From Parcubacteria group bacterium Greene0416_39 (GTDB taxonomy: Bacteria > Patescibacteriota > Minisyncoccia > Minisyncoccales > UBA10102), in contig VMEU01000006.1 of assembly GCA_007375675.1 (NCBI GenBank), positions 1 through 62,220 on the forward strand: DNA of 62,220 nt, written 5' to 3'. A model generated the notes under the pieces. It worked only from the letters and a program-made list of their open reading frames with translations, ran no database searches and was not told the DNA's origin. Of the stretch, positions 58,106-62,220 are shown one piece after another. The position numbers were made by a program, and so were the translations under genes. Numbering within the stretch: position 1 is the first letter of the stretch; every line of letters starts with the position of its first letter.

Positions 58106-60514
58106 TTATACCCCGTGACACTTTTTGTATTTCTTCCCCGAATTGCATGGGCAGGGGTCATTTCTGCCCACCTTGGGGCCTGCGGTAATGTGCCCCTGAA
58201 CTGGATTCGTTGTCACTGATGCTCGCATGACAAAATCTGCTGCGAGAGCGTCTATGCCAGTTAAAAGCCGCTGAAACATTTGGTGCCCTTCATTTTTGTA
58301 TTCTACCAAAGGATCCTGCTGACCGTAGGCGCGCAATCGCACTGATTCACGCAGGTATTCCATGCTTTCCAAATGCTCAACCCATAAAGAATCTATCGCC
58401 CTCAAGAACGCGGCCTTTCCTAGCTGACGCATATTCTCTCCCCCTATCTCCTGCTCCCGTTTCTCATAATTGAGGGCTGTGTATCCGTGTGAAAGGATGA
58501 CATTCCGCACGTATTCCCTTAAGTCCTCACTGGATTTCTCCAAAACTTCCCTTCTCTTTTTGTAGATAATCTCTCTGTGCTTGTTTAATACGTCATCATA
58601 CTCAAGCAAATGTTTTCTCGCGTCAAAATTAAACCCTTCTATTTTTGACTGCGCGCCCTCAATAGAGCTTGCAACAAGGCCTGATTCAATCGCTTGATCG
58701 TCTGGAATATGAAACCGTTCTAACACCCCTTTTAACCTATCTCCTCCAAAAATACGGATGAGGTCGTCTTCCAAAGAAACAAAAAACTGGGAAGATCCCG
58801 AGTCTCCCTGCCTTCCTGACCGGCCTCGCAGCTGATTGTCAATGCGCCGTGCTTCGTGGCGTTCTGTTCCAATTACATGAAGACCGCCAAGCTCCACGAC
58901 CCTTCGAGTTTCTTCAGGGTCGTTTTGGGGATTACCCCCCAAAACGATATCAACGCCGCGGCCTGCCATGTTTGTCGCAACCGTAACCTGGCCTTTTCTC
59001 CCGGCCTGGGCAATGATCTCTGCTTCTCTCTCATGGTTTTTTGCGTTGAGCACTTCATGAGGGATGCCTTCCATTTCAAGCATTTTCCCGAGATACTCGT
59101 TCTTTTGGATAGACACGGTGCCAACCAGCACGGGCTGGCCGAGCTCGTGCCTTGCTTTCACTTCTTTTACCACTGCCTCAAACTTTGCCTTCTCGGTTTT
59201 GTACACTCTGTCGGCAAGGTCTTTCCTTACCATGGGCTTATTTGTGGGAACAGCAACAACTTCAAGTTGATAGACTTTGTAAAACTCCTCTGCTGAAGTT
59301 GCCGCGGTTCCTGTCATTCCTGCCAGCTTCTTGTAGAGACGAAAATAGTTTTGAAAAGTTATAGAGGCCAAAGTCACGGATTCTGGCTGCACCCTCACCC
59401 CTTCTTTTGCTTCCAGGGCCTGGTGAAGCCCCCCTGAATACCTTCTGCCTGGCAGAAGCCTTCCCGTGAATTCGTCAACAATCACCACCTCTCCCTGGCG
59501 CACCACATAATCACGGTCTCGCTCAAAGATAACCTGGGCTTTCAGGGCTTGCTCTAAATGGTGCAGATATTTGATGCCTCGTTCCTGGTAAATGTCTTGG
59601 ACTCCAAGCATTTTCTCTATCTTGTTGATTCCTTCGTCTAACATACTTACTGCCTTAAGCTTCTCGTCTACTTCAAAATCCGGCCCCTGCTTGAGGTTTG
59701 GAACAATGTTGGCAAACTCGTGGTACCAATGGGAACTTTCCATATCTGGAGCAGAGATAATCAGTGGGGTGCGCGCTTCGTCAATGAGGATTGAATCAAC
59801 CTCGTCAACAATTGCGTATTGATGCCCTCTCTGCACCATCAAAGAAAGATCAGAAGCCATATTGTCTCTTAGGTAGTCAAAGCCAAACTCATTGTTCGTC
59901 CCATAGGTAATATCAGCTGCGTATGCTTCTTTTCTTGTTGAGGGCTTCAAATATTTTTTAAACAACTTGAAACTCCCTTGGAGATCCCGTTGTTCGTCAG
60001 TTTCGCTATCTTCATACGCAGGATCGTATATATAGGAAGTATCATGCGTAATGCATGCAACCCTCAGCCCCAGGGCATAAAAAATCTGGCCCATCCACAC
60101 GCAGTCTCTCTGGGCAAGGTAATCATTCACCGTTACGATGTGCACCCCTTTGCCTTCCAGAGCGTTCAGGTACGCGGGAAGAGTTGCGGTTAAGGTTTTT
60201 CCCTCTCCTGTTCTCATCTCCGCAATCTTCCCTTGGTGAAGCGCTATGCCGCCTAGTAGCTGAACGTCAAAATGGCGCTGGCTGATTTCTCTTCTTGCCG
60301 CTTCCCGCACCAAAGAAAAAGCCCCAGCCAAGCACTGGTCAAACGGAGTTCCCTGCGCAATCTTTTCTTTGAGCTCTTTGGTTTTTTCTTTGAGCGCGTC
60401 TGAAGAAAGCTCCTGGAGGTTTTGCTCCAGCAATCCTATCTCTGTAATAAGAGGAGTGAAAGATTTAAGGGAGTGCGCTTGCGCGTTTCCAAAAACTTTT
60501 TCAAGAAATCCCAT
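58106..60514 (-). CDS. secA: Preprotein translocase SecA
   Basis: [43 protein letters not shown]. Confidence 0.98.
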   Translation of the reverse strand: MGFLEKVFGNAQAHSLKSFTPLITEIGLLEQNLQELSSDALKEKTKELKEKIAQGTPFDQCLAGAFSLVREAARREISQRHFDVQLLGGIALHQGKIAEMRTGEGKTLTATLPAYLNALEGKGVHIVTVNDYLAQRDCVWMGQIFYALGLRVACITHDTSYIYDPAYEDSETDEQRDLQGSFKLFKKYLKPSTRKEAYAADITYGTNNEFGFDYLRDNMASDLSLMVQRGHQYAIVDEVDSILIDEARTPLIISAPDMESSHWYHEFANIVPNLKQGPDFEVDEKLKAVSMLDEGINKIEKMLGVQDIYQERGIKYLHHLEQALKAQVIFERDRDYVVRQGEVVIVDEFTGRLLPGRRYSGGLHQALEAKEGVRVQPESVTLASITFQNYFRLYKKLAGMTGTAATSAEEFYKVYQLEVVAVPTNKPMVRKDLADRVYKTEKAKFEAVVKEVKARHELGQPVLVGTVSIQKNEYLGKMLEMEGIPHEVLNAKNHEREAEIIAQAGRKGQVTVATNMAGRGVDIVLGGNPQNDPEETRRVVELGGLHVIGTERHEARRIDNQLRGRSGRQGDSGSSQFFVSLEDDLIRIFGGDRLKGVLERFHIPDDQAIESGLVASSIEGAQSKIEGFNFDARKHLLEYDDVLNKHREIIYKKRREVLEKSSEDLREYVRNVILSHGYTALNYEKREQEIGGENMRQLGKAAFLRAIDSLWVEHLESMEYLRESVRLRAYGQQDPLVEYKNEGHQMFQRLLTGIDALAADFVMRASVTTNPVQGHITAGPKVGRNDPCPCNSGKKYKKCHGV

Positions 60515-60875
60515 CTGGTAGCATGCCCCGTTTTAGTGTTTGTATGAAAACTTTCTTTGGCTTAAGTTCTTTTTGCAAAAACTCAAGAGCTTTTTTTGGC
60601 TTCACGTTTTTGCCGCAAGTAAAAATATCCACGGCCATATATCCTATCTCAGGCCAGGTATGAATTGCAATATGGGACTCTGCAACCAACACCACGCCTG
60701 TTAAACCACAGGGAGAAAACGCATGGAGAGAAATTTCAAGAGGAATACTGTTTGCTTCCTTTGCCGCTCTTAACAAAAGACGCTTGAGCTGTTGTACGTT
60801 CTCAATATCCTTTGGGGACCAAAAATCAGCGACAACGTGAACCCCTATAAATTGCGGAATCCGTGATTCTTTCAT
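60501..60875 (-). CDS. speD: S-adenosylmethionine decarboxylase proenzyme
   Basis: [21 protein letters not shown]. Confidence 0.93.
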   Translation of the reverse strand: MKESRIPQFIGVHVVADFWSPKDIENVQQLKRLLLRAAKEANSIPLEISLHAFSPCGLTGVVLVAESHIAIHTWPEIGYMAVDIFTCGKNVKPKKALEFLQKELKPKKVFIQTLKRGMLPDGIS

Positions 60876-60906
60876 CTCCTCTCTTATTATTATATGGGGT
60901 TCTTTT

Positions 60907-60948
60907 AAAAAAAACAACCCCGCCAGGTACAGTCCTGTACCTGGCGGG
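60907..60948 (-). terminator. Intrinsic terminator built on the CCAGGTACAG palindrome
   Basis: 14-bp stem followed by GTTGTTTTTTTT on the minus strand. Confidence 0.7.
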
Positions 60949-60966
60949 TGTAAAGAAAAGATAAGC

Positions 60967-61005
60967 TTATCTCTTCTTTTTCTTTCCTCCTTTTTTCTTT
61001 GCCAT
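60967..61005 (-). CDS. Candidate 12-aa Lys-rich micropeptide
   Basis: ATG...TAA encodes MAKKKGGKKKKR and is followed by the terminator. Confidence 0.4.
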   Translation of the reverse strand: MAKKKGGKKKKR

Positions 61006-61166
61006 GTATGTGTTTTCCGGATTCCCGGATATGGTTAAGTTACAAGATGGTGTTATGAGAAGCAACATCGACGTTTCTTTTTTTGCTGCCCGCATACCTC
61101 TGCATTCATTTTTTCACTTGCAGCGCGTCGTGTCAATGTGGATAACTTATTTCCCTGCTGGGAATA

Positions 61167-62111
61167 CTATAAAAATTCAATTTCTTCTTCCAAGTTCACA
61201 GAAAACCGCTTTTTTATTGCCCTCTTGACCTTTTCAATCAGCGTTCTCACGTCTTTGGCCCTTGCTCCGCCCAAGTTCACCATGTAGTTGGGGTGTTTTT
61301 CTGAAACCTGCGCGCCTCCTTGTCTTAGACCCTTCAATCCTGCCTGATGCACAAGAAATGCGGTAGGAACAACAGGAAACGGATCAACTTTCACGGCAGG
61401 CTTCACAAAATCCTGCAGTTTCAATGGGATCAATTTCAAATCGCAGTTTTTAAAAATGCTCCCGGCGTTGGGAAACTCAAGAGGATGGCGCTCTTTGCGA
61501 TAGCGAATGTGGTCTTGGGCCGCCTCCTCTATAAGTTTTTTGTTCCCTTTCTTCAGCTGGAAAACCGCAGAAAGAACAATCCATTTCTTGTGTTTAAAAA
61601 TGGAAGAGCGATAGGAAAACTGACACTCTTTATTTGAAAGTTTTCTAATCCCTCCTTTTTCGTCAACGCACTCAACAGAAACCAGGGAATCTTTCACCTC
61701 TCCTCCAAACGCGCCCGCGTTGCCCCGCACTGCTCCTCCTACAGTTCCTGGCAATCCGCCTGCCCATTCCAAACCTGCCAGTCCCTTTTTGCCTGCTGCA
61801 AGAACAATTGCAGGGAAAGAAACGCCAGCTTCAGCATACAATCTGGTATTTAGTATTTGGTATTTAGTATTTAGTATTTTAATTACAAGGCCATTGAACC
61901 CTTGGTCTGAAATAAGGACATTGCTCCCCTCTCCCAAAATAAAAAAGGATATGCGCAATTTCTTTGCGGCGCCTGCCGCTTTTAGAATATCTCTGCTTGA
62001 TTTTGCAACAAAAAAATACCGCGCTTTCCCGCCAATCTGAAACGTCGTATGGGGAGCAAGCGGTACATCTTTGCACACTCCTGGCAACAGCTTCTCAAGC
62101 TTTCCTATCAT
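61167..62111 (-). CDS. murB: UDP-N-acetylmuramate dehydrogenase
   Basis: TFQIGG, GEGSN, PGTVGGAVRGNAGA, GSIFKN, VSEKH.N. Confidence 0.96.
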   Translation of the reverse strand: MIGKLEKLLPGVCKDVPLAPHTTFQIGGKARYFFVAKSSRDILKAAGAAKKLRISFFILGEGSNVLISDQGFNGLVIKILNTKYQILNTRLYAEAGVSFPAIVLAAGKKGLAGLEWAGGLPGTVGGAVRGNAGAFGGEVKDSLVSVECVDEKGGIRKLSNKECQFSYRSSIFKHKKWIVLSAVFQLKKGNKKLIEEAAQDHIRYRKERHPLEFPNAGSIFKNCDLKLIPLKLQDFVKPAVKVDPFPVVPTAFLVHQAGLKGLRQGGAQVSEKHPNYMVNLGGARAKDVRTLIEKVKRAIKKRFSVNLEEEIEFL

Positions 62112-62220
62112 AGTCTCCTAATGGATCGGGAGAGTGAACTCCAACTGTAAGTCTTTGTGGGTACATGCCTCCCGATCCGCTTTCTATTGTACTTAAAAAC
62201 CCTCCTTCGCACAAGGCTAC

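Noticed and set aside
61137-61145. DnaA box TTATCCACA (also at 6905-6913) as a replication origin
   Set aside because: Single isolated boxes with no cluster and no dnaA/dnaN neighbours.

Overview
Chromosomal window of a small-genome bacterium, most likely Patescibacteria/CPR (Parcubacteria-like). The taxonomy is inferred from the intron-rich rRNA, the gene repertoire and the repeat families. The genetic code is standard (TGA used as stop, RF2 present). The first 13.6 kb hold a split rRNA locus on the minus strand: 16S, tRNA-Ile, tRNA-Ala, three protein genes including Ni-SOD, then 23S and 5S under a separate promoter. The rRNA genes carry five LAGLIDADG-encoding introns: four group I and one atypical group II-like. 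The 16S 3' end lacks the anti-Shine-Dalgarno CCUCC, and the 23S has three substitutions near the peptidyl-transferase centre. The rest is mostly housekeeping: tsf, rpsB, rpmE, prfA, rplY, hppA, gap, galU, ftsZ, fba, ftsEX, frameshifted prfB, lepA, murJ, rnpB, rnhA, pgk, secDF, secA, speD, murB. It is interrupted by small accessory patches (NYN RNases, VapBC- and RelE-type TA pairs, Fic, GIY-YIG, a split PEP-utilising pair, pseudogenes). The best candidate for an undescribed system is that both NYN-domain RNase genes are followed by a convergent consensus sigma70 promoter that would produce a ~45-60 nt hairpin RNA ending at the NYN stop. Short palindromic repeat families are also inserted into rRNA helices and in-frame into essential proteins. 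All calls were made by eye from the sequence and no database searches were run.
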